The notes under the pieces are model-generated. The model saw nothing but the letters and a program-made list of their open reading frames with translations, was not told where the DNA came from and ran no database searches. A program made the translations under genes and the position numbers. This document shows positions 1-10,700 of a DNA stretch of 64,000 bases, piece by piece (positions within the stretch are counted from its first letter, which is position 1; each line of letters starts with the position of its first letter). Source of the DNA: Macrostomum hystrix (Eukaryota; Animalia; Platyhelminthes); contig CATNEN010000038.1 in NCBI GenBank assembly GCA_950097015.1, positions 11,656,001-11,720,000 on the forward strand, read 5' to 3'.

Positions 1-128
1 GTCTATTTCTTCCGTCTTAAAGTTTTCTGCTTCTAGACTTCTGCCCGTTGTCTTTTTGAATCTGTCTACTTATAATATACTCTACTCTATCTACTCTAAT
101 ATGTTTTAATCCATAAATTCGCACCCAG

Positions 129-377
129 GTGCACAACGTGCTTAACCAGTACGCCAAGTTGTCATCAATGGTTCGCCGCGTTGGAGGCATTCGCGGCCTA
201 TTCGGCGCCGACGGCGATTTAAATGAGAATGCCGGAGCTGCGCCCATGGCCCGACTGCAGGCTCAGTTGGCTAGATCCTTGGATTCTCGCAGTCTGCAAC
301 GACTAGGCGGCTCTGCTGGTCTGCAGAACCTGTTGAAACAGGTGCAAAAGAAAGGCGGCGGGCGCGGCCAAACTTGA
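129..377 (+). CDS. SRP54: Last exon of an SRP54-like gene (C-terminal M-domain region); upstream exons lie outside the window
   Basis: Acceptor cccag at 124-128. VHNVLNQYAKLSSMVRRVGGIRGLF...MARLQAQLARSLDSRSLQRLGGSAGLQNLLKQ is colinear with the remembered SRP54 C-terminus ([22 protein letters not shown]...[32 protein letters not shown]). Stop TGA at 375-377. Confidence 0.75.
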   Translation: MHNVLNQYAKLSSMVRRVGGIRGLFGADGDLNENAGAAPMARLQAQLARSLDSRSLQRLGGSAGLQNLLKQVQKKGGGRGQT

Positions 378-1281
378 TTGATGTGTTTATTGACTGTCCG
401 TCTGACTGACACCTGTTCGTGTCTTCCGGTTTTAGGTTCGTGTTGGTATGTTGGTAGAGAAGTTATGGTGCAGATTTTCAATGTGACTTTTTTCCCATGG
501 TAGAGGCTAGATGTTGTCTATTAAGATGAGATTTGGAAGAAAGATACGAGTATGTATTTAGAGTCGCTTTGAAAAGCCGTTTTCTGCTATTCATTCTGTT
601 AACAAGGGTTGCTTCCGCGTTCACCCAAGTTTAGAAAATGTGTGATAAGATAAGTTTATGTGAGGTCAGAATTATCGCATTGTTATAAATGAGAATCTCG
701 TGCAATATTTTTGTTTACAACTTTTGTTTTATTGACGCTTTACACTGGTTTTGTGTGTATTTTTCTGTTTCCACCATATATTACCCGAGAAATAGCTTTT
801 GCTTTTCTCATGAAAAAGACGAATTATACGAGCTATATTTTCTGTTGTTTTTTGTCGTTGGTGTATTCAGTACTTTGCTGGTCTCGAACCACTCGTTTTT
901 CGTTTTTTGTTTAAATGATTTAAGCTGGATTTTGTGTCAAGAATCGTGAGAAAATATTATAAGATCATCGATATTATCGATTATACTCTTATAAAATATT
1001 ATAAGAGTAGAATTATCGATAGGAATAATTAGTGTCCCGTAGAATTATCGCTTAAATTCATTGGTGTTCCGTAGGATTATCAATGGTTATTATATTTTTC
1101 AAGCGGGAGGAAAAGGAAAGATAGTCCATTTTGTCTCTAAGGATTTATTTACCTTGTCGGATTATTGAGAATTCGCTGTAATTGAGGAGCAAATTAAGTT
1201 CATAATAAAACTTGACCCGCAGCAGCAGTGACGTCATTGAGCTAAAAATAGCTCCATTTGCTTAGCTACAATTTGAAAGCT

Positions 1282-1932
1282 ATGCGCCGTTCGGTGCCGC
1301 ATCGCCAGGAAGCCGACGATGCGTCCTCGGCTGCTGGCACGACTGCGTCGGCTGCTGCCGCGGCGATGCGCGCCGAGATGGCCGGCATCGGCGCCGGCGA
1401 CAGCTTCGCCCGCCTGTTGGCCGCCGCAGAGGCTGCTGCCAAGGAGTCCAATTCGTCCTCTTCTTCTTCGACTCCTTCGGCCTCGCCATTCTCCCTGGCC
1501 AATGTCTGCTGGCTGTTGGCCGCACTGGCTCTGTTGGGCTACACGGATCTGGTGCCGCTGGTTCTGTTCGACTCTTCCCGGCTTAGGCGCGGCTGGCTCG
1601 CTGCTGGCGCCGCGTTTATCGGCGTCACCCTCTGCCTGGCGCTGTACTGCGCCATCTACCTGACTACTTACCTGCGAGTGCCCTCCAGTCAATGGGAACA
1701 CCGCCATCCGGCCCTTATACCAATAGCTGCGGCAAGCTTTGTACTGGGCAGTCTGTGCCTTACCTTCGCTCTGTGGCCAGTGTACCACCTGCTCACGCTG
1801 CCAATATTGTTTACCTTGTTAGTGGCTTGCGCTATACTAGTTGCTATGATACCCACCAGCTTGCTGCCTGACGCCCCGGAGCCCGAAGATGCAGCCTCTA
1901 ATGATGAAGATGATGAACGAAAATCTGACTGA
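1282..1932 (+). CDS. TMEM128: Transmembrane protein 128-like, intronless, about 4 TM helices
   Basis: ATG at 1282. Motifs WLLAALALLGYTD, LALYCAIYL, HPALIPIAAASF and ALWPVYHLLT match remembered TMEM128 motifs (WILAS..YVDF, IAFYCIVYL, YPALIPITTASF, ALWHVWSFFT). Confidence 0.8.
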   Translation: MRRSVPHRQEADDASSAAGTTASAAAAAMRAEMAGIGAGDSFARLLAAAEAAAKESNSSSSSSTPSASPFSLANVCWLLAALALLGYTDLVPLVLFDSSRLRRGWLAAGAAFIGVTLCLALYCAIYLTTYLRVPSSQWEHRHPALIPIAAASFVLGSLCLTFALWPVYHLLTLPILFTLLVACAILVAMIPTSLLPDAPEPEDAASNDEDDERKSD

Positions 1933-2029
1933 AAATTCAAAGCTGAATGAGCGAAAGACGGATTAGATAGAGGTTGTGTCAAGCTGGAATCCAACTTTGA
2001 AGTACCTTTTGTTGCCATCTTATAATCGA

Positions 2030-4335
2030 GGTAGAAGCAGTTCCAGTTCCTGCAGAATCAGCTCCAGTTCCGGAATAATCAAGGTGGAAGCAGCTCCAGT
2101 TCCGGAAGAATCAGGTTGGAAGCAGCTCCAGTTCCGAAAGAATCAGGATGGAAGCAGCTTCAGTTCCTAAAGAATCAGGGTGGAAGCAGCTCCAGTTCCG
2201 AAGGAATCAGGGTGGAAGCAGCTCCAGTTCCTGAAGAATCAGGGTGGAAGCAGCTCCAGTTCCTGAAGAATCAGGGTGGAAGCAGCTCCAGTTCCTGAAG
2301 AATCAGGGTGGAAGCAGCTCCAGTTCCTGAAGAATCAGGGTGGAAGCAGCTCCAGTTCCTGCAGAATCAGGGTGGAAGCAGCTCCAGTTCCTGCAGTATC
2401 AGGGTGGAAGCAGCTCCAGTTCCTGAAGAATCAGGGTGGAAGCAGCTCCAGTTCCTGAAGAATCAGGGTGGAAGCAGCTCCAGTTCCTGCAGTATCAGGG
2501 TGGAAGCAGCTCCAGTTCCTGAAGAATCAGGGTGAAAGCAGCTCCAGTTCCTGAAGAATCAGGGTGGAAGCAGCTCCAGTTCCTGAAGAATCAGGGTGGA
2601 AGCAGCTCCAGTTCCTGCAGAATCAGGGTGGAAGCAGCTCCAGTTCCTGCAGTATCAGGGTGGAAGCAGCTCCAGTTCCTGAAGAATCAGGGTGGAAGCA
2701 GCTCCAGTTCCTGAAGATTCAGGGTGGAAGCAGCTCCAGTTCCTGCAGAATCAGGTTGAAAGTATCTCCATATCCTGAAGAATCAGGGTGGAAGCAGCTC
2801 CAGTTCCTGCAGTATCAGGGTGGAAGCAGCTCCAGTTCCTGCAGAATCAGGGTGGAAGCAGCTCCAGTTCCTGCAGTATCAGGGTGGAAGCAGCTCCAGT
2901 TCCTGAAGAATCAGGGTGGAAGCAGCTCCAGTTCCTGAAGAATCAGGGTGGAAGCAGCTCCAGTTCCTGAAGAATCAGGGTGAAAGCAGCTCCAGTTCCT
3001 GAAGAATCAGGGTGAAAGCAGCTCCAGTTCCTGAAGAATCAGGGTGGAAGCATCTCCAGTTCCTGCAGAATCAGGGTGGAAGCAGCTCCAGTTCCTGCAG
3101 TATCAGGGTGGAAGCAGCTCCAGTTCCTGCAGAATCAGGGTGGAAGCAGCTCCAGTTCCTGCAGAATCAGGTTGAAAGCATCTCCATATCCTGAAGAATC
3201 AGGGTGGAAGCAGCTCCAGTTCCTGCAGTATCAGGGTGGAAGCAGCTCCAGTTCCTGAAGAATCAGGGTGAAAGCAGCTCCAGTTCCTGAAGAATCAGGG
3301 TGGAAGCAGCTCCAGTTCCTGAAGAATCAGGGTGGAAGCAGCTCCAGTTCCTGCAGTATCAGGGTGGAAGCAGCTCCAGTTCCTGAAGAATCAGGGTGAA
3401 AGCAGCTCCAGTTCCTGAAGAATCAGGGTGGAAGCAGCTCCAGTTCCTGAAGAATCAGGGTGGAAGCAGCTCCAGTTCCTGCAGAATCAGGGTGGAAGCA
3501 GCTCCAGTTCCTGCAGTATCAGGGTGGAAGCAGCTCCAGTTCCTGAAGAATCAGGGTGGAAGCAGCTCCAGTTCCTGAAGATTCAGGGTGGAAGCAGCTC
3601 CAGTTCCTGCAGAATCAGGTTGAAAGTATCTCCATATCCTGAAGAATCAGGGTGGAAGCAGCTCCAGTTCCTGCAGAATCAGGGTGGAAGCAGCTCCAGT
3701 TCCTGCAGTATCAGGGTGGAAGCAGCTCCAGTTCCTGAAGAATCAGGGTGGAAGCAGCTCCAGTTCCTGAAGAATCAGGGTGAAAGCAGCTCCAGTTCCT
3801 GAAGAATCAGGGTGGAAGCAGCTCCAGTTCCTGAAGAATCAGGGTGGAAGCAGCTCCAGTTCCTGCAGTATCAGGGTGGAAGCAGCTCCAGTTCCTGAAG
3901 AATCAGGGTGGAAGCAGCTCCAGTTCCTGAAGAATCAGGGTGGAAGCAGCTCCAGTTACTGAAGAATCAGGGTGAAAGCAGCTCCAGTTCCTGAAGAATC
4001 AGGGTGAAAGCAGCTCCAGTTCCTGAAGAATCAGGGTGAAAGCAGCTCCAGTTCCTGAAGAATCAGGGTGGAAGCAGCTCCAGTTCCTGCAGTATCAGGG
4101 TGGAAGCAGCTCCAGTTCCTGAAGAATCAGGGTGGAAGCAGCTCCAGTTCCTGAAGAATCAGGGTGGAAGCATCTCCAGTTCCTGCAGAATCAGGGTGGA
4201 AGCAGCTCCAGTTCCTGCAGTATCAGGGTGGAAGCAGCTCCAGTTCCTGCAGAATCAGGGTGGAAGCAGCTCCAGTTCCTGCAGTATCAGGGTGGAAGCA
4301 TCTCCAGTTCCTGCAGAATCAGGTTGGAAGCGGCT
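2030..4335. repeat. 32-bp minisatellite (GGGTGGAAGCAGCTCCAGTTCCTGAAGAATCA)n, about 70 copies
   Basis: Direct tandem repetition. It explains all short ORFs in 1976-4510. Confidence 0.97.
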
Positions 4336-4772
4336 TCTGTTTAAAATTACCCTTTTTAATGAGGTTCCTAGCCTTCTGAAGAAAAATAGGTGGCAGTTTT
4401 TTTTAGTTGTCAAAACTCACAAGTTCAAATTTGCAAAGTATTCTTCTTCGTTGCAATCAAATGCTTATTATGCTGCTTGTAGTAGTCTAAGCGTTTTCGC
4501 GAAATTATAGTCTTAGTCAGCCTAAGTTTCATTTTTAGCCTTTGATTAGCTTATACATTTTATAAAAATCTACACAGTTTCCACAGTTTAAATATACATG
4601 GTTAACGGAATAAATCTACTATACTAATAAAAATACTATTTAGTTGTTGTATTTGTGTGCACAGGTACAAGAATGTAACAGTTTTCCTTCTCTATAATTG
4701 CAGCTCTAAGACTCTGTCCGGAGTATTATCGATAATTTTCTAATTGTCAAAAAGTGATTCTAGCAAGCAAAC

Positions 4773-7700
4773 ATGTCCAAGCCATTTGAAAGATTGCCAA
4801 CTCATTCCAAGCCTATCAATTATAACCTGACCCTGACGCCAAATCTGAATGAATTCACCTTCAAAGGAGAGCAGGTTATCACTGTTGAGGTACGCTGACA
4901 GTTTCTCTAAAGTGTTTAACAGATTTACAGCAAACTAAAACGGTTGATTTTTTACGCTAATCACAATTCAAATTGACATCAATTCAGATTCTTGAGGCCA
5001 CTGATAGTCTGGTGCTGAATTCGGCTGAAATTGAAATTCAGTCAGCCAATTTTAACGATGGTGAGCTAAATTTATCTGATTTCAGCCATTTTTTTTGTTA
5101 CACCCACCCAAATTTGGTCAGATGTGCAGCCGACAGCACAGCCGCAGCTATTGCGCGGCGCATCTGAAGGCTGCGTACAGCTGTTCAGTCCATGGACTGG
5201 GGGGACGCCACACCCACCCCCAATTACGCCAGCTGATGCTGGTACCCATTGAACAGCTGGGTGAGCTGAAGCAATGCAGAGTTAAGTGTCTTGCTAAGGG
5301 ACACAAATTGTTATATTGGAGTCGGGAATCGAACCCTCGATCTTTAAGTTGTAAGTCCGATGCTCTAACCACCAGGCTGCAACCCCCCTTACTCTGCTAC
5401 TAACCTCTTACTCGGTTGCACCCCCCCTTACAAGCCTACAACCCCCTTACTAGACTACAACCCCCTTACTAGGCTACAACCCCCTTACTAGGCTACAAAC
5501 CCCTTACTAGGCTACAAACCCCTTACTAGGCTACAACCCCCTTACTAGGCTACAACCCCCTTACTAGGCTACAACCCCCTTACTAGGCTACAACCCCCTT
5601 ACTAGGCTACAACCCCCTTACTAGGCTACAACCCCCTTACTAGGCTACAACCCCCTTACTAGGCTACAACCCCCTTACTAGGCTACAACCCCCTTACTAG
5701 GCTACAACCCCCTTACTAGGCTACAACCCCCTTACTAGGCTACAACCCCCTTACTAGGCTACAACCCCCTTACTAGGCTACAACCTTCTTTCTATGTATG
5801 CTTCAACCCCTTTCTATGTATGCTGCAACCCCCTTACTAGGCTGCAACCCACTTACTAGGCTACAACCCCTCACTAAGCTAAGTCGCCAAGCTAGTTAAC
5901 GTCACGTGACCTCCCTTCGCAGCCGCCGCGGAGATCAGCTTCAACACTGAAGAGGAGACGGTCAAACTGAAGTTTCCGTCGCCTTTGCCAGTAGGCGAAG
6001 GCAAGCTGAGCATGTCCTTCTCGGGCATTCTGAATGACCGCATGAAAGGCTTCTACCGGTCAAAGTACAACGACTCCAATGGCCAGGAAATCCGCTGCGC
6101 TGTCACTCAATTCGAACCCACCGATGCTCGCCGCTCCCTGCCCTGCTGGGACGAGCCGGAGCTTAAAGCCACCTTCAATGTCACTCTAGTGGTTGAGAAA
6201 GGCCTAACAGCTCTGTCCAATATGCCGGAGGTCAGCCGCACCGACAAGGGCGACGGCCTGGTGGCTGTTAAGTTCGACCGTTCGCCGATTATGTCCACCT
6301 ACCTACTCGCTTACGTTGTTGGCCGCTTCGACTATGTGGACGATCAGGACTCTGATTTTGTTACCATTCGCGTCTACACTCCGCTTGGCAAGCAGGAGCA
6401 GGGCCGCTTCGCCCTGGAGGTGGCCAAGAAGACTCTGCCATTCTATCGGCAATTTTTCGGCATCGCCTACCCGCTGCCGAAACTCGATCTGATTGCTATT
6501 CCAGACTTCTCTGCTGGTGCTATGGAGAACTGGGGTCTAGTCACCTACAGGGAGACGGCCCTGCTAGTTGACCCGGACAAGTCTAGCGCTGCAACCAAAG
6601 AATGGGTGAGCAAGCGATGTAGCCTAGTTTTATTGTAGAGATTAGAGACGTTCGCATTTCTACTGTCTGACTGAACAGACAATCTGACTGAACTGAGTCA
6701 CAATCTGACTGAACTGAGTCACAATCTGACTGAACTGAGTCACAATCTGACTGAACTGAGTCACAATCTGACTAAACTGAGTCAGTAAATGATACTAAAA
6801 AACAACAAACTAAAAGACCTTATTTGCAACTGCAGTTATTTTTCTTGTCGCTGCATGAATTGTGCAGGTTTTGTGATTCTGGTTTTTCGGCAGGTTTTTC
6901 GACAGATAGTTCTGTCCAATCTGCGGAAAGAATAATTTTGAAACATCAGTTTTTAAACAACAAGTAACTAAATAGTTAGACCGTGTCACTGTTCGACAGT
7001 TTTCCTTAGTCGAGTGTGCAGAGAGTGTCCAGCTGCTGCATCTCGTTCTCTGTCAGCGCCCTGCTGAACATCTGCAGGCAGTGCAGGGTGCCGTTCAGAC
7101 AGCGAGTGTCTGCATTGGGCGTCCTGCCCAGAAACAGGCACTGATTCCCCAAAGAGTCTGTCTCAGTCAAACTGAAGTTTGAGCGAAGTCTCCCCACCGA
7201 CATTGTTCCATTGAAGTAGATGCTGGCCTCCTGCTTGGCACCGTCGAATGCGACTCCGATCGAGATGAGCTTGTAGGCCGATTGGTCAATTGGAACCGAC
7301 GGAATGGTCCACACGTAGCTGCGTTGAAGGAGAAAATTCTTGAAGGCGAAACTGATCATCCCATACCACTCCTTGAGGACGAGGCTGGTGATAGCGCCAC
7401 TGCAGTCAGACCACCACATGTAGTGTACATGGTAATCCGTGATTATGCGCGTCAGTTTAATAAAGATGCTGAATGACTTATCGGGACGACCAAAGACAAA
7501 GTCGGTGAGCTCAGCTGAGTCTGTGTCGATGACGACATAGGAGTCGATGCGGCCCTCCAGTGTCACTCCGCTAGTACTCAACTGGGTGTTGAACTGTCTA
7601 ACCAGCTTGCTTGAGCACTGGTTCTGCCACAACACAGACATTAGCTGAACATTGCGGAAGATTGTGTTCATCACAATGACCTGAGCCACTGTCGATGGCA

Positions 7701-10700
7701 GCCTAGGTCTTTTAGCCACCAAAATTCGGCAAACGTTGATCGTAGTGTTATTGTTAAAGCTGCTGCTGCTGTTGCTGATGGCCTGCCATCGCGTCAGCTG
7801 GCAGTTGTCAGCAAGCTGACACTTACGATGGTCAGTCGAGTGATGCAGCGCGTGGCACTGAGCGTCCGCGGCGCACTCTGCTGCGCACGATCGCCAGTCG
7901 GCAACGCCATGCATCTCCCGGACGCTGCTACTTGTCGCTGTTGCGTTGGCAACCAACAACAATGTGCCGCAGGCCAGCTGATTCCAGTTAAAACTGACCG
8001 TTTTCAAATCGTGCCCCTCGGTGAGCACCATTGAAACATGCAGATAGAGAATGATGGACCGAAGAAACATTGTTCCACTGTTTGTGATTCACTGATTCCT
8101 TGCGACGACATAGGAGTCAGACGACATAGGCTTCTACTAGCTCACTCTCTTCGTTGCTGCTCTCACAATTTAGAACTCAAATAGAGCTCCAGTCTCTCAT
8201 TTGCCACTGCCCAGTTTGCTGATGCTGCAGAATGAATTTCAGAGAATAGTTTTTCTAGAAAAAAACTATGCTGGCTTTGTGACTTTGAAAAGAGATGTAG
8301 CTTCAAATGAGGTCTGTGTGAGCAAGAGAGAATTGTAGTTTACAATATTGTAGTTTACAATTGTAGTTATCGTTAATTATTTTTCTTCCAATTGTTGAGT
8401 TCTTGGACAAAAAGTTACGGATATTGTATCCGCAGCGGATTCCGCACTGACAATGCAGTTCCTTTTTTTTAACTTAAACCAGAAATGATTTTAACAGTTG
8501 GCCAAGTCGTTGAGCCTTACAGCAGTTAAAAAGGATACATTTTAGAATTTTGACATTTAGAAAGCTTACTAGCGACTTTAGCCCCCCCTCCTGGGAGCAA
8601 AAGCTGAATTTCAGGATTCATACGAGTTCAATCCCCTCATTAAGTTCATGATGCAAATTACGCTGGTCCTCCCAATAAGCTAATACACCCGCTCCTGTTG
8701 GCCCCAAACATAACCAGCATTTAGTTGGCAACCTAAGCAGAAAAAACCTACTCCCTCCACAGCAGCAGAGAACTAAGATTAAATAATTTAAATAAGTAAA
8801 TAAATAAAAAGAACACAAGCATTCCAAAAGCAAGTTACTTTTGCTAGCTTTAAAATAAAGTAGCTAGCCAGTTATTTCTTATATTTGATTAGTTTAGCTA
8901 ATTCGAATTCATTATGATAATTCATCCGCTGTGATGATCCAGGCTCGTCGGCCACATTGGGAGCCATAGGGGTAGACATTGTTGGGATCTGCTGACTTCT
9001 GTAGCTTGATCTCGCAAAAATGTCACCTGTGAAATTATATTGTGGGAACTGAAATAATGTTAATGGGCGCAAATGTGCTCATGCACATCAACTCCATTCG
9101 GCAGAGTCTCTGCAATAACTGTGTTAAATGTCAGTCCAATAGCCTGGAGGGTGGCCTGCTGAGCTTTCAGCAGTGGTCTTGCATTATGGGCAATCGTTTG
9201 TCGGAGCTGCTGATGATCCATATGGATGGGTGTGCCTGTTAGCTGGTAAGTGTAAGACGCTGGTTTGTCAGGTAGCATGCACACAAAAAAACGCGAAGAG
9301 CCATACCGGCTCGCTAGCACTATTATATTTGGCCAGAAACACTGGGGTGGGCGTACCCATCCCCCAATCACGCCACGCAAGCACGCACGCAGGCGTGTAC
9401 GCTCTACCACCCGCAGTGTACACTGCGGGCCGCGAACTCTAAGCTGCTTACACTACTTTCCCCCTAGAAGCAGTTCCGTCAAGCAAAGCCAGCCATGTAA
9501 AAGTCAGGAGGCCGGCGTTCTCTCGCCGAGCGTCGGAGAGCCTCGGCCGGCTCGGGCGGGGCCGCCGGCGGATCATCGGGCTGCACGTTTTGGTCCGGTT
9601 CCGGCCAGCCGACCACCGCATCGCCACCCGGGTCAGCCGCTGGACTGGGCGGTCGCACGGCGAGGCCGTTGGCGTTCGTGTCGGCATCGGCGGCAGCAGG
9701 CAGCTCCAGCGACGGCCGCCGCTGAATGAAGAGTCGGAGCCGGTCGTGGTGCACCACCAGCTTGCGCCGGCGGCCTGCCTGGTCCTGGATGCGGTAGTTC
9801 ACCTCGCCGAGGCGCCGCAGGATCCGATACGGCCCCTTCCATTTGTCGCTGAGGCACCGCGTCTGGCCGCGCTTGACGACGGAGTTGCGCAGCATTACCA
9901 GCTGGCCCTCTTCAAACGGCACGAATCTGGCACCCTGGTTGACTCGCTGGTTGCGCGCCGCCTGGGCGTCCCGCAGCCGGCCGTGCACCGCGTCAAAGGC
10001 GCCCTGCAGGTTCGCTTGCGTCTGCTGCAGAAAGTCGTGCGGGCTGCCGCTCGCCGCCTTGTCGCCGTCCACCAGCCAGCTGTCGAGCGCCAGCCGCGGC
10101 GGCCAGCCATGCAGGACCTGGTACGGGCTGAGGCCGGTGGTGCTGTGCACAGAGGTGTTATAGGCCCAGGTGACGTAGTGCAGCTTCCGGTGCCAGTCCT
10201 GCTGGCTCTCCGACACGACCGTCGCCAGCATGTCGCCCAGTGTCCGGTTGCCGCGCTCCACGACGCCGTTGCCGCTTGGGTGGAATGGCGATGTGCGAGT
10301 TTTCTCGATGCCCAGCTGCTCGCAGAGCCGGACGAAGACGTCGCTCTCAAACTGCCGTCCTTGGTCGCTGTGCAGCACTTGTGGGGCACCGTGCCGCAGC
10401 ACAACGGCTCTGAGCAGCGCATCCGCCACCGTCACGGCGTCGATCGTCGCCAGCGCCGATGTCTCCATCCACTTGGAGAAGGTGTCGCACATGCTGAGGA
10501 TGTAGGCGTTGCCGTCTGTCGTGCGCGGCAGCGGGCCTTTAATATCGATCTGCACCTGCTGCCAAGGCGCTGTCGGCTGGCCTGTCGTCTGCAGCGGTGC
10601 CCGCTGCGGCCTGGTCGGACTCTTCTTGGTTAGGCAGGCGGCGCAGCTCGCCACCCAGTTCTCCGCGTCCCGCCGCAGGCCCGGCCACCAGCAGCGCTCC

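Noticed and set aside
984-1009. 11-bp inverted repeat TACTCTTATAA/TTATAAGAGTA
   Set aside because: Short AT-rich hairpin with no supporting context; may be chance.
1976-4510. Many short ORFs (EAAPVPEESGWKQLQF...)
   Set aside because: These are translations of a 32-bp array whose unit is not a multiple of 3.
5305-5378. tRNA gene
   Set aside because: It is the tRNA-like head of a SINE, continuing into the CORE-like body and repeated elsewhere.
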